Counted from the stretch's first letter, positions 29,039 to 39,013 are shown. The stretch is 64,000 bases of DNA from an uncultured Candidatus Saccharibacteria bacterium (GCA_964527185.1 CAZGOI010000001.1:234410-298409), one strand, 5' to 3'. The notes: a model not told the origin generated them from the sequence alone. Program-made: numbers and translations.

Positions 29039-30520
29039 TTACTCGACGTGCACTTTTATATCGGTGCGTTCGTTTTTTACTTTAAGCCAGAGCGTTGCAA
29101 AGGCGCCGATGATTATCATAAGCGCTGCTATTAGAAAAATATAATCATAGGCGTCTACTTGCGCTTTCAATTCTATCAACCCCGAATACGCGTGCATGGT
29201 GCTCGGGTCGGCGCTGTGGAGTTTGCTCAAGTTCGCGATAGATAAAATATTGTGCCCTGTTCGATTTTGTAAAATTGTCCCAAATAGCGCGATGCCAAAG
29301 GCGCCAGCCATATTTCTAGCAAGGGCAAGGACCGATGAGGCAATTCCGATCTCATGCGGGTCGACAACCGAGGCTATAACGTTTGTTCGCTGCGACATCC
29401 CAAAACCGATACCAAAAGACATAATTGCAAGCGGTACGACTATGTTGATCGCCCCAGATGTCGGGCTTATCCACGATAGGAAAAACATTCCGATACCGCC
29501 GACAAGTGTGCTTATAAATATGACATAGCGGGATTCAACTCTTCCGGTCAGCGAGCCACCGAGTGGCGCCGCCAAGACGATCATGAGCGCCATCGGTATG
29601 AAAAGATAGCCCGATTTGGTCGCGTCGTAACCCAAAAATGTTTGAGCAAATATCGGTATCAAAAATAATCCGCCCATCAGTCCCATAAATATTATGAAAT
29701 TATTAAATAGGGTGTTGACAAACGCCGGGATTTTGAAAAACCGCAAATCAACGATCGGCTCTGGCGAGCGTTTTTCAATTTCAATAAATACCCAAAGAAA
29801 TATTATCGTCAAAAGATAGCAAACGATGCTCTCAAGTGACATCCAGCCCCACGAGTGGCCTTGGTCAAGCACAAGCACGAGCGCAGACAGCGCTCCACCT
29901 AAAGTAATCGAACCCCACCAATCAAAATGCACAATCTTTTGCTCGGATTTTGATTCATGTATGAAAGTAAGCGCCATGGCAAGACCCAAGAGCCCGACAG
30001 GCAAGTTAACTAGAAATACTGACCGCCAGCCAAAGTTATCGATGAGCGGCCCGCCGATGAGCGGCCCAAAGACCGAAGCCGCCGCAAATGAAGAAGACCA
30101 AATACCGAGCGCTTGGGCGCGTTCGCGGCCTTGTTTGAAAGTAATCGCGAGTATGGCCATAGCAGTAGGGTAGTCGGCCGAACTGGCAACTGCTTGGATA
30201 ACTCGAAAGACTATCATCGATTGCAAGTTCCAGGCAATTCCAGCTAGCACCGAACCAGCGATAAAAATAGTAAAGCCCAAAACATAAACCCTTTTTCGGC
30301 CGATAGTGTCGCCGAGCTTGCCCCAAATCGGTACAAAAATTGCATTGGCGATGATATAGGCCGTCGCGATCCAACCAGCGGCCGAGACGGTAATACTAAA
30401 GTCATTTATGATTTTCGGCAAAGCCAAATTCACTATCGTCTGGTCGAGACGACCGAGAAATGTACCTATAATAACGGTGAAGAGTATCCACCATCGCAAG
30501 TTGTTACTCTTGTTTTCCAT
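29039..30520 (-). CDS. MFS drug:H+ antiporter, DHA2 (EmrB/QacA-like, 14 TMS)
   Basis: 493 aa. Motif A GKLGDTIGRKRV. 14 hydrophobic segments. Confidence 0.8.
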   Translation of the reverse strand: MENKSNNLRWWILFTVIIGTFLGRLDQTIVNLALPKIINDFSITVSAAGWIATAYIIANAIFVPIWGKLGDTIGRKRVYVLGFTIFIAGSVLAGIAWNLQSMIVFRVIQAVASSADYPTAMAILAITFKQGRERAQALGIWSSSFAAASVFGPLIGGPLIDNFGWRSVFLVNLPVGLLGLAMALTFIHESKSEQKIVHFDWWGSITLGGALSALVLVLDQGHSWGWMSLESIVCYLLTIIFLWVFIEIEKRSPEPIVDLRFFKIPAFVNTLFNNFIIFMGLMGGLFLIPIFAQTFLGYDATKSGYLFIPMALMIVLAAPLGGSLTGRVESRYVIFISTLVGGIGMFFLSWISPTSGAINIVVPLAIMSFGIGFGMSQRTNVIASVVDPHEIGIASSVLALARNMAGAFGIALFGTILQNRTGHNILSIANLSKLHSADPSTMHAYSGLIELKAQVDAYDYIFLIAALMIIIGAFATLWLKVKNERTDIKVHVE

Positions 30521-30524
30521 TTAT

Positions 30525-31175
30525 TTATTTTGTGTGCACGGTTATCTTTGCCGACATGCCATTTCTAAGTTCAGGATAATCGGCGATAGAGAAATTTACT
30601 TTGACGTCAAATTTTTTAACTGGTCGAGAATCTGAAATGCTGAATACGACGCCGGTGTCTTCAGAAGAAGGAGTAATATTTGCGACAACACCTTGGTAGC
30701 TTTTACCCGGAAAAGCGTCGACGGTAAATGTCGCCCTGTCGCCAGAGTTAATATTTCCCAGTCCGCCTGTCTCATCGATCGAGCCGACTACTTGCATATC
30801 GTTTGTGTCGACGACCGAGACAACCTTTTGTCCTGGTGAAAAGTATTGGCCGATTAAATTCTGCGCATATGACACGACGCCGCCTTGTTTGGAAACTATA
30901 ATCTCGCTACCGACTTGAGCGACTTGCGTATTTTGAGCAATAGTATCACCTTCTTTCACATAAAGAGCATTCAATGTGCCCGGCGCGCTCGGTGATAGGT
31001 TGACGACCGGCGCTTCGAGATACGAATTTTCTATGAAAACTGTTCCCGAGGTGCTTTGCCAAAATAGAAAACCACCCAAAACCCCAAAAACACAAACAAT
31101 GATCGCGATGCTATGCACCCACGGCTTTTTAGAAAAATGCACTTTTTTATTTTCGATTTTTTGTTCTTCGTTCAT
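30525..31175 (-). CDS. HlyD-family periplasmic adaptor (short, biotin-lipoyl barrel)
   Basis: 216 aa. N-terminal TM. VKEGDTIAQNTQVAQV lipoyl-like hairpin. Confidence 0.6.
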   Translation of the reverse strand: MNEEQKIENKKVHFSKKPWVHSIAIIVCVFGVLGGFLFWQSTSGTVFIENSYLEAPVVNLSPSAPGTLNALYVKEGDTIAQNTQVAQVGSEIIVSKQGGVVSYAQNLIGQYFSPGQKVVSVVDTNDMQVVGSIDETGGLGNINSGDRATFTVDAFPGKSYQGVVANITPSSEDTGVVFSISDSRPVKKFDVKVNFSIADYPELRNGMSAKITVHTK

Positions 31176-31184
31176 AAATATTTT

Positions 31185-32444
31185 TTAATTAATAACTACT
31201 TTGTCGCTAGCGGCAAGGCCACTCAATATCTCGACGTTGGTACCGTCGTTTGTGCCGACTGTAACTTTTTGTTCGACGACATCAATACCCGATTGTTTCC
31301 TCACATAGTAACCATCGTCGCGTTTAATCAAAGCGGTATCTGGTATCATTACGTTTACCTCTTTCATGTTTGAGGCTACTAAAAGTTCAATAGCCGATGT
31401 ATTTGGTGTAGCAATTTGGCCAGGGGCAATCGAGACACTCGTTATCGTGCCGTCTTCGGGAGCTTTGATGATGGTGTTGTTATATGCGGCCTGGGCTATC
31501 TCGAGACCCCCTTTTGTATTATCGATTGCAGCTTGAGCAACAGCTACGTCTTCCGGCCTTGCGGCAGTCACGACTTGAGTTAGACGAGCTTGCGCTTGGT
31601 CAAGAGTTGCTTGGGCTGTTGCTTCCACTTGGCTTTCGGTGGCCACAGCCGCTTGGTAAGCATTGTAATTTGCCAAATAATTAGCTGCTTTTTTATTTGG
31701 CAGATTGATAGCCCAATTGTTTACATTTGAGTTGTATGACGCAGGGAAGATTATATATAGTCCAGATACGCCAATTGGTTGTGGAGTTGTTGTTGAAACC
31801 AAACCAGAAGTATTGACGAGTCCACTAGCTGTAAAACTCGAATTACCACCAGTATTGAAGACTGTTATCGTAATAGCCCCACCACTATCACCACCATATA
31901 TGCCACTTATTGAAGGCGCGGTGTAATTTACAGTATCAGAATCTGCTGGGACCGCTTCTGGGGTTGAGTTGAGAAGATTTGCATAAGCGTTCTTAACTAA
32001 TGTTGCTTGGGAGAGTTTGGTTTGGTCGAGGTTGACTTCTGCTGTGTGGACTGCAGTTTTGGCGATATCGATGTCGGTACCAGTTGCACCATTGACTAGC
32101 TTGTCATAGTTTGCCTTTGCAGTTTCATAAGCAGCTTCGGCTTGTGAAAGAGTGCCATAGACGTTGCCAGCATCGAGCGTGGCTAATACTTGGTCTTTTT
32201 TAACAGCATCTCCATTTTTTACAAGGACTGTTTTAATCCGGCCGTTTGATAGAAAACCCAAAGACAGATGATTAACAATACTCGATGTTCCTTCGATTGT
32301 TCCGCTAACGGCCGTAGCAAAATGGTATGTTGGCTTTTTGTGTATGGCGATGTATCCAAAAACACCGATAACAAGTGCAATCATCATCGATACAAGCGCG
32401 ACTTTCTTTGGCTGGTGTATAAATTTTATGAAACTTTTTTTCAT
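31185..32444 (-). CDS. HlyD/membrane-fusion protein with extra inserted domain
   Basis: 419 aa. TM anchor, lipoyl motif VKNGDAVKKDQVLATLD, coiled-coil segments. Carries a ~110-aa insert paralogous to that in 43420-45099. Confidence 0.65.
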   Translation of the reverse strand: MKKSFIKFIHQPKKVALVSMMIALVIGVFGYIAIHKKPTYHFATAVSGTIEGTSSIVNHLSLGFLSNGRIKTVLVKNGDAVKKDQVLATLDAGNVYGTLSQAEAAYETAKANYDKLVNGATGTDIDIAKTAVHTAEVNLDQTKLSQATLVKNAYANLLNSTPEAVPADSDTVNYTAPSISGIYGGDSGGAITITVFNTGGNSSFTASGLVNTSGLVSTTTPQPIGVSGLYIIFPASYNSNVNNWAINLPNKKAANYLANYNAYQAAVATESQVEATAQATLDQAQARLTQVVTAARPEDVAVAQAAIDNTKGGLEIAQAAYNNTIIKAPEDGTITSVSIAPGQIATPNTSAIELLVASNMKEVNVMIPDTALIKRDDGYYVRKQSGIDVVEQKVTVGTNDGTNVEILSGLAASDKVVIN

Positions 32445-32447
32445 GGA

Positions 32448-32873
32448 TTATTCTATGATTATTTTAATAATACGCTCGAGTGCAATCTTGTCGTTTGCCG
32501 AGAGCCCTGAAAGCATCTTGGTGACAATTGTCTCTTTTCTTTTTGAAAATTTTTTGAACAACGCTTTAGCTTTGTTGGTAAATACTATATAGATGATTCT
32601 GCGGTCTTTGGGGTCATCTTTGCGTTTGATTAATTTTTTCTTTTCCATTTCTCCGACTAATACTGTGGCTGATGGGGGAGTGATGTCAAAATACTGGGCG
32701 ATTTCTTTCATCGTAACTTTTTCATTTTTACCTATAAGGCGCAGGAGTTCGGTCTGTGAAAAAGTTAATTCAAAATTCAGCCCCTCCTTTTTGTATTCTT
32801 GGGACATTTTTCGACGAAATGTTAGAAGCAGGTTTTCAAGTTGTGGTCTGTGGTTTTGTTTTATATATTTCAT
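32448..32873 (-). CDS. MarR-family transcriptional regulator
   Basis: 141 aa. Winged-helix MarR core. First gene of the efflux operon. Confidence 0.75.
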   Translation of the reverse strand: MKYIKQNHRPQLENLLLTFRRKMSQEYKKEGLNFELTFSQTELLRLIGKNEKVTMKEIAQYFDITPPSATVLVGEMEKKKLIKRKDDPKDRRIIYIVFTNKAKALFKKFSKRKETIVTKMLSGLSANDKIALERIIKIIIE

Positions 32874-32967
32874 ACTACTAATAGTTAGACTATCTAAGTA
32901 TATAGATAAGTCAGAATAAAGTCAAATTAAAAGAGTCGGACAAAGGTCCGACTCTTTATTTTAATAC

Positions 32968-34179
32968 TTAAAATTTACTACATTGTACAAATTTTTGGGT
33001 CAAGGCTGGGGCCAGTGTTACCCCCATGCCATTGCATCCGACGATGGTGTGAACCCTCCCACCATTTGAGTGGTGAAACACAGGCAATTTTTTCTCTGTG
33101 AATGCCATCGTTCCGGCCGATTTAAATTCAACCTTGCAGTCGACTTCTTCGCCTAAAATATGCTCTATGGCAAAATCCAAAATCGAATCTATGACAGCTG
33201 GTTCAGGATTTTGGCTTAGAGTTTCTTCTTTTTTTAGGAATTCATTTCTTTGACCGCCAATCATAAGCCGGCCATCAATTTCTCTGAAGTATGTAAACCC
33301 TTCATTGAAATGAAACGACCCTTTTAATTTGAAATTTTCAATCGGCGAAGTTACCAGAATCTGCCCTCTGGCAGGTGTGATTTTCACGTCGTTGTTTAGC
33401 TCGATTATCGAGCCATTCACACAAAGAAATAAATTTCCACAAGGAATTTCGAGGAATTCATTTTCTACCTCGACTACAACCTTACTCCTGTCTTCGTCGT
33501 ACCCAGTAACATTCATCCCATCAAAAATTTTTACCCGCAGGTCATGAATTTTTTGCTCAAGAGCAGCCAGAAGCATATTACTGCGGAGCACACCCTCGCT
33601 TTCATTTACTGCCATACCGTCGAAACCTCTTAAACCGAATTTTTCCAACCCACCCTGAGACCATTTAAATGTGTTCTTTGTTTCAATAACCCGACTCTCC
33701 TTTAGATTTTTGAAAAGGAATTGGTTGGTTGTTTCGATCTGGTGTTTTATAAATTCTAAACTATGAATCTTTCTTGAAAAACATTCATAGCCACCAACTC
33801 TTTCGTAACCGATAGCATCACCCCCTAAAATATCAAGCATCAGGTGTGTGCCACGACACCTTTCGCTGATCATATTGAGCATCTCGGCGTGACCGAAGAT
33901 TTTAATGCTTGACATCATCTCGGTCAAACTTCCTGTCAGGCAGACAAAGCCGGCATTGGCACTCGAGGCCCCAAGGCACCTAGTACCTCTTTCAAGGATG
34001 GCAACTGAGGCGCGGGGATATTTTTTGCTTAGGAAATAAGCAAGCCACATGCCGTAGAGGCCGGCGCCTATTATCAAAAAATCTATATAACCAAAGGTTG
34101 CATTTTCCCAGTATGATAGGGAAGAACGAGTGAGATTTTTTCTTGTTTCCATGGTATTTAGTTTTAATTTTGCCCGCAT
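32968..34179 (-). CDS. FAD-dependent oxidoreductase (DAO family)
   Basis: 403 aa. N-terminal dinucleotide fold DFLIIGAGLYGMWLAYFL. Confidence 0.7.
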   Translation of the reverse strand: MRAKLKLNTMETRKNLTRSSLSYWENATFGYIDFLIIGAGLYGMWLAYFLSKKYPRASVAILERGTRCLGASSANAGFVCLTGSLTEMMSSIKIFGHAEMLNMISERCRGTHLMLDILGGDAIGYERVGGYECFSRKIHSLEFIKHQIETTNQFLFKNLKESRVIETKNTFKWSQGGLEKFGLRGFDGMAVNESEGVLRSNMLLAALEQKIHDLRVKIFDGMNVTGYDEDRSKVVVEVENEFLEIPCGNLFLCVNGSIIELNNDVKITPARGQILVTSPIENFKLKGSFHFNEGFTYFREIDGRLMIGGQRNEFLKKEETLSQNPEPAVIDSILDFAIEHILGEEVDCKVEFKSAGTMAFTEKKLPVFHHSNGGRVHTIVGCNGMGVTLAPALTQKFVQCSKF

Positions 34180-34216
34180 TTTATAACAATATTTTTACAT
34201 AGTCAAACCAGAATTC

Positions 34217-34233
34217 TGGTATAATGGGTCTAT
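34217..34233 (+). promoter_or_regulatory. Extended -10 promoter motif TGGTATAATGGGTCTAT (leaderless start)
   Basis: ATG of the 34232 ORF lies 7 nt after TATAAT. Motif shared with 4641-4657. Confidence 0.45.
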
Positions 34234-34585
34234 GTTTTTCAAAATTCTTTTCATGGGCAAAGCGATACACGATATAAAAAAAGACCCCGGGCATTTTGTA
34301 GCTGGTGAGACTCGCAATGCTATGCTTTCGATTTTGTTTATGCCGGCGCTCATTATTTTCCTCGGCCTCGTCTTTCTTTTCTCGCTCGGCTTCACCCATT
34401 TTCTCGGTGGGCCATACCTATTTTTCAAAATAATTTTCTGGATTGGATTTTTTATTTCATTGATTTCAGGTTTTGTTATCTACAAACTAACATCATTTCT
34501 TCATCGCAAGACAAAGACCATCGTAAACAAAACGATAGACAATATTAGCAACATAGATAACAATAGTGATAAAATAGAGCAGTAA
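34232..34585 (+). CDS. Small polytopic membrane protein
   Basis: 117 aa with 3 TM segments. Confidence 0.35.
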   Translation: MFFKILFMGKAIHDIKKDPGHFVAGETRNAMLSILFMPALIIFLGLVFLFSLGFTHFLGGPYLFFKIIFWIGFFISLISGFVIYKLTSFLHRKTKTIVNKTIDNISNIDNNSDKIEQ

Positions 34586-34604
34586 AATTATTTTAAATAA
34601 TTAC

Positions 34605-35063
34605 ATGAATAAAAAATCAACACCAATCATCATAGGCCTAGTTTGCATTGCCATTGTTGTAGTTATCGTTTTAGTTGGACAAGGTAAAAAAAATGGTAAT
34701 TACCCTCCATCGCAAAATAATGATATAAGTTCACAAACACAAGGAACGCAATCTGATTCAACATTAGTAAGTAAGGAGACAACAAACGGGACGGGGGCAA
34801 CCAAAACACCAGTTACTAAAAAACCCGGTGAATATACTATGGCTGATGTGGCTAAACACAACAACGCCTCGGACTGCTGGACGACAATCAATGGTGGTGT
34901 CTATAATGTAACTTCTTGGATTTACCAACACCCAGGGGGTTCAGAAGCTATTATTAGTCTCTGCGGCATCGATGGATCAGATGCATTCAACCAACAGCAT
35001 GGCGGGCAACGTCGACCAGCAAACGAACTTGCGTCATTTAAAATAGGAACTCTAGTACAATAA
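34605..35063 (+). CDS. Membrane-anchored cytochrome b5-like heme-binding domain protein
   Basis: 152 aa. N-terminal TM. HPGGSEAIISLCGIDGSDAFNQQHGG matches the cyt-b5 HPGG...GxDATxxF..xxHS pattern. Confidence 0.6.
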   Translation: MNKKSTPIIIGLVCIAIVVVIVLVGQGKKNGNYPPSQNNDISSQTQGTQSDSTLVSKETTNGTGATKTPVTKKPGEYTMADVAKHNNASDCWTTINGGVYNVTSWIYQHPGGSEAIISLCGIDGSDAFNQQHGGQRRPANELASFKIGTLVQ

Positions 35064-35064
35064 T

Positions 35065-35499
35065 ATGAAAAACACTCTCAAAAATTTAGCTCCGACTGTC
35101 GTGCGATTGGGTATTGCCATGGTCTTCATTTGGTTTGGGCTCAACCAGCTCTTTAACCAAGCGATGTGGGTGAGTTTGATACCGTCTTGGGCGATCTCAC
35201 TATCGGGGTTAAGCGCCAAATCTTTTGTCATTGTTAATGGTTTGGTTGAAATAATCCTTGCCTCGCTCCTTGCCTTTGGGATGAAAATTAGGATTGTCGC
35301 AACTCTTCTCGCCCTCCATCTTTTGACGATTGTTATGGATCTCGGTCTTGACGCGATCGGGGTGAGAGATATTGGCCTCATGTTTGCGACAATTTCTATC
35401 GCGCTCTATGGGCCAGATATATTCTCTTGGGATATGGTTTCAAAAAAAGATATACAGGCCCAACCAAATATTGAAATAAATAAAAGCCGCTACGTTTAG
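35065..35499 (+). CDS. DoxX-family membrane protein
   Basis: 144 aa with 4 TM segments. DoxX-like N-terminus. Confidence 0.6.
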   Translation: MKNTLKNLAPTVVRLGIAMVFIWFGLNQLFNQAMWVSLIPSWAISLSGLSAKSFVIVNGLVEIILASLLAFGMKIRIVATLLALHLLTIVMDLGLDAIGVRDIGLMFATISIALYGPDIFSWDMVSKKDIQAQPNIEINKSRYV

Positions 35500-35510
35500 T
35501 AGCGGTCTTT
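35484..35510. terminator. Hairpin terminator overlapping the DoxX stop codon
   Basis: aaagccgctac-gttta-gtagcggtcttt. Confidence 0.55.
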
Positions 35511-35532
35511 ACTTTTTAAAATTTTATTCTTT

Positions 35533-36321
35533 TTAATGCTCGAATTTAAAAATAACTCCGATATTAAACCCGATCGGCAGGCTCTGTGAATTAAATACCG
35601 GCAACTGGCCAGCCTGTGATGACGACTGCCGGCTGCGCCTCAAAGCCAAGCCAAATTTGAAAATTGTATTTTTGGCTTTAGCCCCGATAAAAGGACTGAA
35701 TTCACTCTCGGTCTGGCTCATAGTCCCACCGTTAAACTGCTGTCCCTGGACCTGTCTTTCGGTCCAGTTGATCATCTTCATATTGAATTCAAGGCCTAGT
35801 GCAAAGACATCGCCCATAAATTTCATCAGACGCACACGGGGCATAAACAAACCCTTGCTCCATGTGTTTCCGGAGCTCGATGTCGGCAGAAGGACGTATG
35901 TCAATTCTACTTCTCCATCGATGCCTTCATCTTTACCGGTTAGATGGCCGTAGGCCGTACCACCCCAGTATGTGTCACTTTTTTTAGGCGATGAGCCAAT
36001 TTGGGGGCTCAACAATCCAGTGACGCCGATTCCGGCTGTCAGGTTCATGTCGGTACCGAGGGCCATGATGTGACCGCCACCGAGCGTGAATCTGGTAATT
36101 TTCTCCAGATCGGTCGTGCTTTTCTTTGTCAGCTGTTCATGGCCGATGCCGTAAAACAGCCACTGGTAAACACCAGTGCAACGCAGGTTGACCCTGGTTT
36201 CATTAGTGCCCTGGTCATTCTTGCCGAATCCAGTGTTTACTTCCATAAGACCGGAATAATCCTGTGCAAAAGCTTTTATGGCAAAAAAGGCCATGAAAAG
36301 CAAAGATAAAATCTTTTTCAT
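35533..36321 (-). CDS. Secreted beta-barrel-like protein (OMP-like)
   Basis: 262 aa. Signal peptide MKKILSLLFMAFFAIKAFA-Q. Alternating amphipathic beta-strand pattern to the C-terminus. Locally elevated GC. Confidence 0.4.
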   Translation of the reverse strand: MKKILSLLFMAFFAIKAFAQDYSGLMEVNTGFGKNDQGTNETRVNLRCTGVYQWLFYGIGHEQLTKKSTTDLEKITRFTLGGGHIMALGTDMNLTAGIGVTGLLSPQIGSSPKKSDTYWGGTAYGHLTGKDEGIDGEVELTYVLLPTSSSGNTWSKGLFMPRVRLMKFMGDVFALGLEFNMKMINWTERQVQGQQFNGGTMSQTESEFSPFIGAKAKNTIFKFGLALRRSRQSSSQAGQLPVFNSQSLPIGFNIGVIFKFEH

Positions 36322-36418
36322 ATGAAAGGGCCTCCTAGCCCTGTTTTGTTTGAAAAGAAGAATTAGTTAAACTTGTCCACTTATTAACATTTTTTCAAGA
36401 AAAAGTCAATAGCAAGGG

Positions 36419-37066
36419 CTATTTATTTTTTACTAGTCCATCGGCAAAATTAGCCACAGTTTTTTCTTTGTACGCAAGAGTTGCGTAATCGCTTGTACTG
36501 CCAAGTTCGGTCATAGCTTTTATTTCTGTGCTTTGAACTTTAATAGGGTTTCTTATGTCTATAACATCATTAACATTAACTGAAATATGTTTTTTACCTT
36601 GGCCGAGGTTCTCCGCTTCTTGATAAATTTTGTCTATAATTTTAATACTCTGCCCGACTTTTTTAAAAGCTGGCATATTTACTTTCTCTAAATATTCGCT
36701 GCTAGCAGGTTTTAACCCCATAGCTTCAAGCGCTCTTATTTCTTTGTCGATCATATTTTTATCCTTGCCTGAAAATTCAACCAAATAGACATCTTTGGTT
36801 GTATCGTCCGTAGGAATGAGCAATATACTCTCTACTTTTATTCCAGCAATTTCTTTGTCTACAATTATTTCTCGATAATTCTCTCCGGGTGCAAGCGGTA
36901 ACTCTGCTTTTGTTTTTATTGTTGAATCAGAAAAAACATTCTCGTTTGCTTTTTTTGTAACACTCGAGTCTTTATCTGGTGTTTTTAATCCTTCGGCCCG
37001 AGTTGCGACCGACGATACGGTCATTGCCCCGACAGTAAGAATTTTTTTGAAAAAGTTTTTATCCAT
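36419..37066 (-). CDS. Secreted hypothetical protein
   Basis: 215 aa with a signal peptide. Confidence 0.35.
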   Translation of the reverse strand: MDKNFFKKILTVGAMTVSSVATRAEGLKTPDKDSSVTKKANENVFSDSTIKTKAELPLAPGENYREIIVDKEIAGIKVESILLIPTDDTTKDVYLVEFSGKDKNMIDKEIRALEAMGLKPASSEYLEKVNMPAFKKVGQSIKIIDKIYQEAENLGQGKKHISVNVNDVIDIRNPIKVQSTEIKAMTELGSTSDYATLAYKEKTVANFADGLVKNK

Positions 37067-37184
37067 AGTAATATTCTAGCATTAAAATTTAATATGCAAA
37101 ACTCGCATATTCATCTTGTCGTGCTATACTTGCCGATATGACAAATCGAAAATCTAACCATTTTAAAAATAAACAAGAGTAACT

Positions 37185-38087
37185 ATGAACCCAAGTGGCC
37201 CACTACTCATAATTTGCGCCAGCCTGCTCTGGGCTTTTGACGGAGTTATCCGCAGGAATCTTTTCACCCTCGTGCCACTCGTTATCATATTTTTCGAGCA
37301 CCTTGTCGGGCTTGTCATATTGGCGCCGTTTGTTTTGAAAAAAGTTTTTAATACTAAAATTAGCAAACGCGAATTCTGGCTTTTTGTCCTAGTTGCGCTC
37401 TTGAGTGGCCTCCTCGGAACGCTCTGGTTCACGACCGCGCTCCTCCATGTCCACTTCATATCTTTCTCAGTCGTATTTTTGCTTCAAAAACTACAACCGA
37501 TATTTGCCATAACCGTGGCCTCTATTTTCTTGAAAGAAAAATTTGAAAAGAAATATTTAAAGTGGGCGATATTGGCAATAGCCTCTGCGTATTTTGTAAC
37601 ATTCAAAAATGGGTTTGTAGATTTTAATACAGGCGAGGGGACGATCATCGCCGCGCTCTATGCCATCGGGGCAGCGTTTGCCTGGGGTTCATCGACGACA
37701 TTCTCGAAAATGATTTTGAACAAAATCTCTTTTGGTGTAAGCACCTTCTATAGATTTCTCCTCACTGCCGCTATGGCGCTCTTTTTAATTATTTCTCTGG
37801 GGTATGCAGATAGGCTTTCATCTCCAACCCTTGCTCAATTTGGATTGTTTGCTCTGATCGCTGTCTCGACCGGTATGGTGGCTCTCGTCATATACTACAA
37901 AGGTCTGGCCAAAACTTCTGTCCACGTTTCGGCAATACTCGAACTTACTTTCCCATTTGTGGCGATACTCATAGACATGCTACTCTATCATAATTTCTTG
38001 TCTTTATCGCAATGGGTAGCGGCGATCCTACTCACTTTCTCAATTTATAAGATTGCTAGGCTCAAAGAAAATGCTTTATCTAACTAG
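37185..38087 (+). CDS. EamA/DMT-superfamily transporter
   Basis: 300 aa, 10 TMS, two EamA repeats. Confidence 0.7.
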   Translation: MNPSGPLLIICASLLWAFDGVIRRNLFTLVPLVIIFFEHLVGLVILAPFVLKKVFNTKISKREFWLFVLVALLSGLLGTLWFTTALLHVHFISFSVVFLLQKLQPIFAITVASIFLKEKFEKKYLKWAILAIASAYFVTFKNGFVDFNTGEGTIIAALYAIGAAFAWGSSTTFSKMILNKISFGVSTFYRFLLTAAMALFLIISLGYADRLSSPTLAQFGLFALIAVSTGMVALVIYYKGLAKTSVHVSAILELTFPFVAILIDMLLYHNFLSLSQWVAAILLTFSIYKIARLKENALSN

Positions 38088-38439
38088 ACAAATTAAAGGC
38101 GCTGGCCGCGGTCGAAAAATCGGGTTTCCGACTATCAACCTTTCGATAGACGAGTCTCTCGATATCGATGATGGTATATATGCTGCTTGGGTGACGATTG
38201 CTGACCGGACATACATGGGGGCCCTGCACTTTGGCCCGGTCCCGACGTTTCATGAAAATAAAAAAACACTCGAAGTTTATCTACTCGATACAAAAGACAG
38301 CATTCTCGAACTTATAGACGGAGAAATTGAAATTGATTTTGTTAAAAAAATTCGCGAAATTGAAAATTTTCAAAATATTTCTGACCTATCGAATAAAATT
38401 GCCGAAGACGTAAAAGCTGTTATAGAGATTTTAGGCTAA
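38071..38439 (+). CDS. Riboflavin kinase (monofunctional)
   Basis: Start moved to the MLYLTRQ Met. GAGRGRKIGFPTINL and the downstream TxE..LLD pattern match the RibF C-domain. Confidence 0.7.
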   Translation: MLYLTRQIKGAGRGRKIGFPTINLSIDESLDIDDGIYAAWVTIADRTYMGALHFGPVPTFHENKKTLEVYLLDTKDSILELIDGEIEIDFVKKIREIENFQNISDLSNKIAEDVKAVIEILG

Positions 38440-38467
38440 AAATATTATTTAGTAGTATAGTGTAGTT

Positions 38468-39001
38468 ATGACCGATGAAGATATAGTCGACCTCTACTTA
38501 AAAGGCGAAACGGAAAATTTCAAAATTCTCATCGACCGCTACGGCGATATGATTTATAATTTTTCCCTGCGATTTGTCGGCGCCGATACAGCAGAAGATG
38601 TCAGCCAAGATGTTTTTATAAAAGCTTGGCGCGGAATTAAAAAATTCGATAAAAACAAGGCTCAATTTAAAACATGGCTTTTTACTATCGCCCGCAACAC
38701 CATTACAGATTATTTGCGGAAGAAAAAAACTATTTCCTTCAACAGCCTTGATGAATCTTTTATAGAATCTATTGAAGACGAAAACCCAAACCAGGAAGAA
38801 ATTGCCGAAAAAATCGAAAACAGCGCGCGGCTGGCCAAAGCCCTAGAAAATATTCCGATCAATTCTCGGCTGGTCCTAACGCTCTATTATCAGGAAGATA
38901 TGACATTTGAGGAGATAGGGAGAGTTCTCGGAAAACCACTAAATACGGTCAAAAGTCAGCACCGCCGAGCATTACTAGAGCTCAAAAAGATGGTTTTGTA
39001 G
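38468..39001 (+). CDS. ECF-type sigma-70 factor
   Basis: 177 aa. Region 2 (DVFIKAWRG) and region 4 HTH (MTFEEIGRVLGKPLNTVKSQHRRAL). Confidence 0.75.
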   Translation: MTDEDIVDLYLKGETENFKILIDRYGDMIYNFSLRFVGADTAEDVSQDVFIKAWRGIKKFDKNKAQFKTWLFTIARNTITDYLRKKKTISFNSLDESFIESIEDENPNQEEIAEKIENSARLAKALENIPINSRLVLTLYYQEDMTFEEIGRVLGKPLNTVKSQHRRALLELKKMVL

Positions 39002-39013
39002 TATAATTTGATC

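Noticed and set aside
35657-36309. Plus-strand ORFs (98 and 102 aa) opposite the beta-barrel gene
   Set aside because: Shadow ORFs inside a locally GC-richer minus-strand gene.
35533-36321. Contamination or chimeric contig explaining the OMP-like gene
   Set aside because: Flanking genes on both sides continue the same leaderless, AT-rich style, and the hairpin terminator is shared with DoxX. Kept as a finding because horizontal acquisition cannot be excluded from sequence alone.
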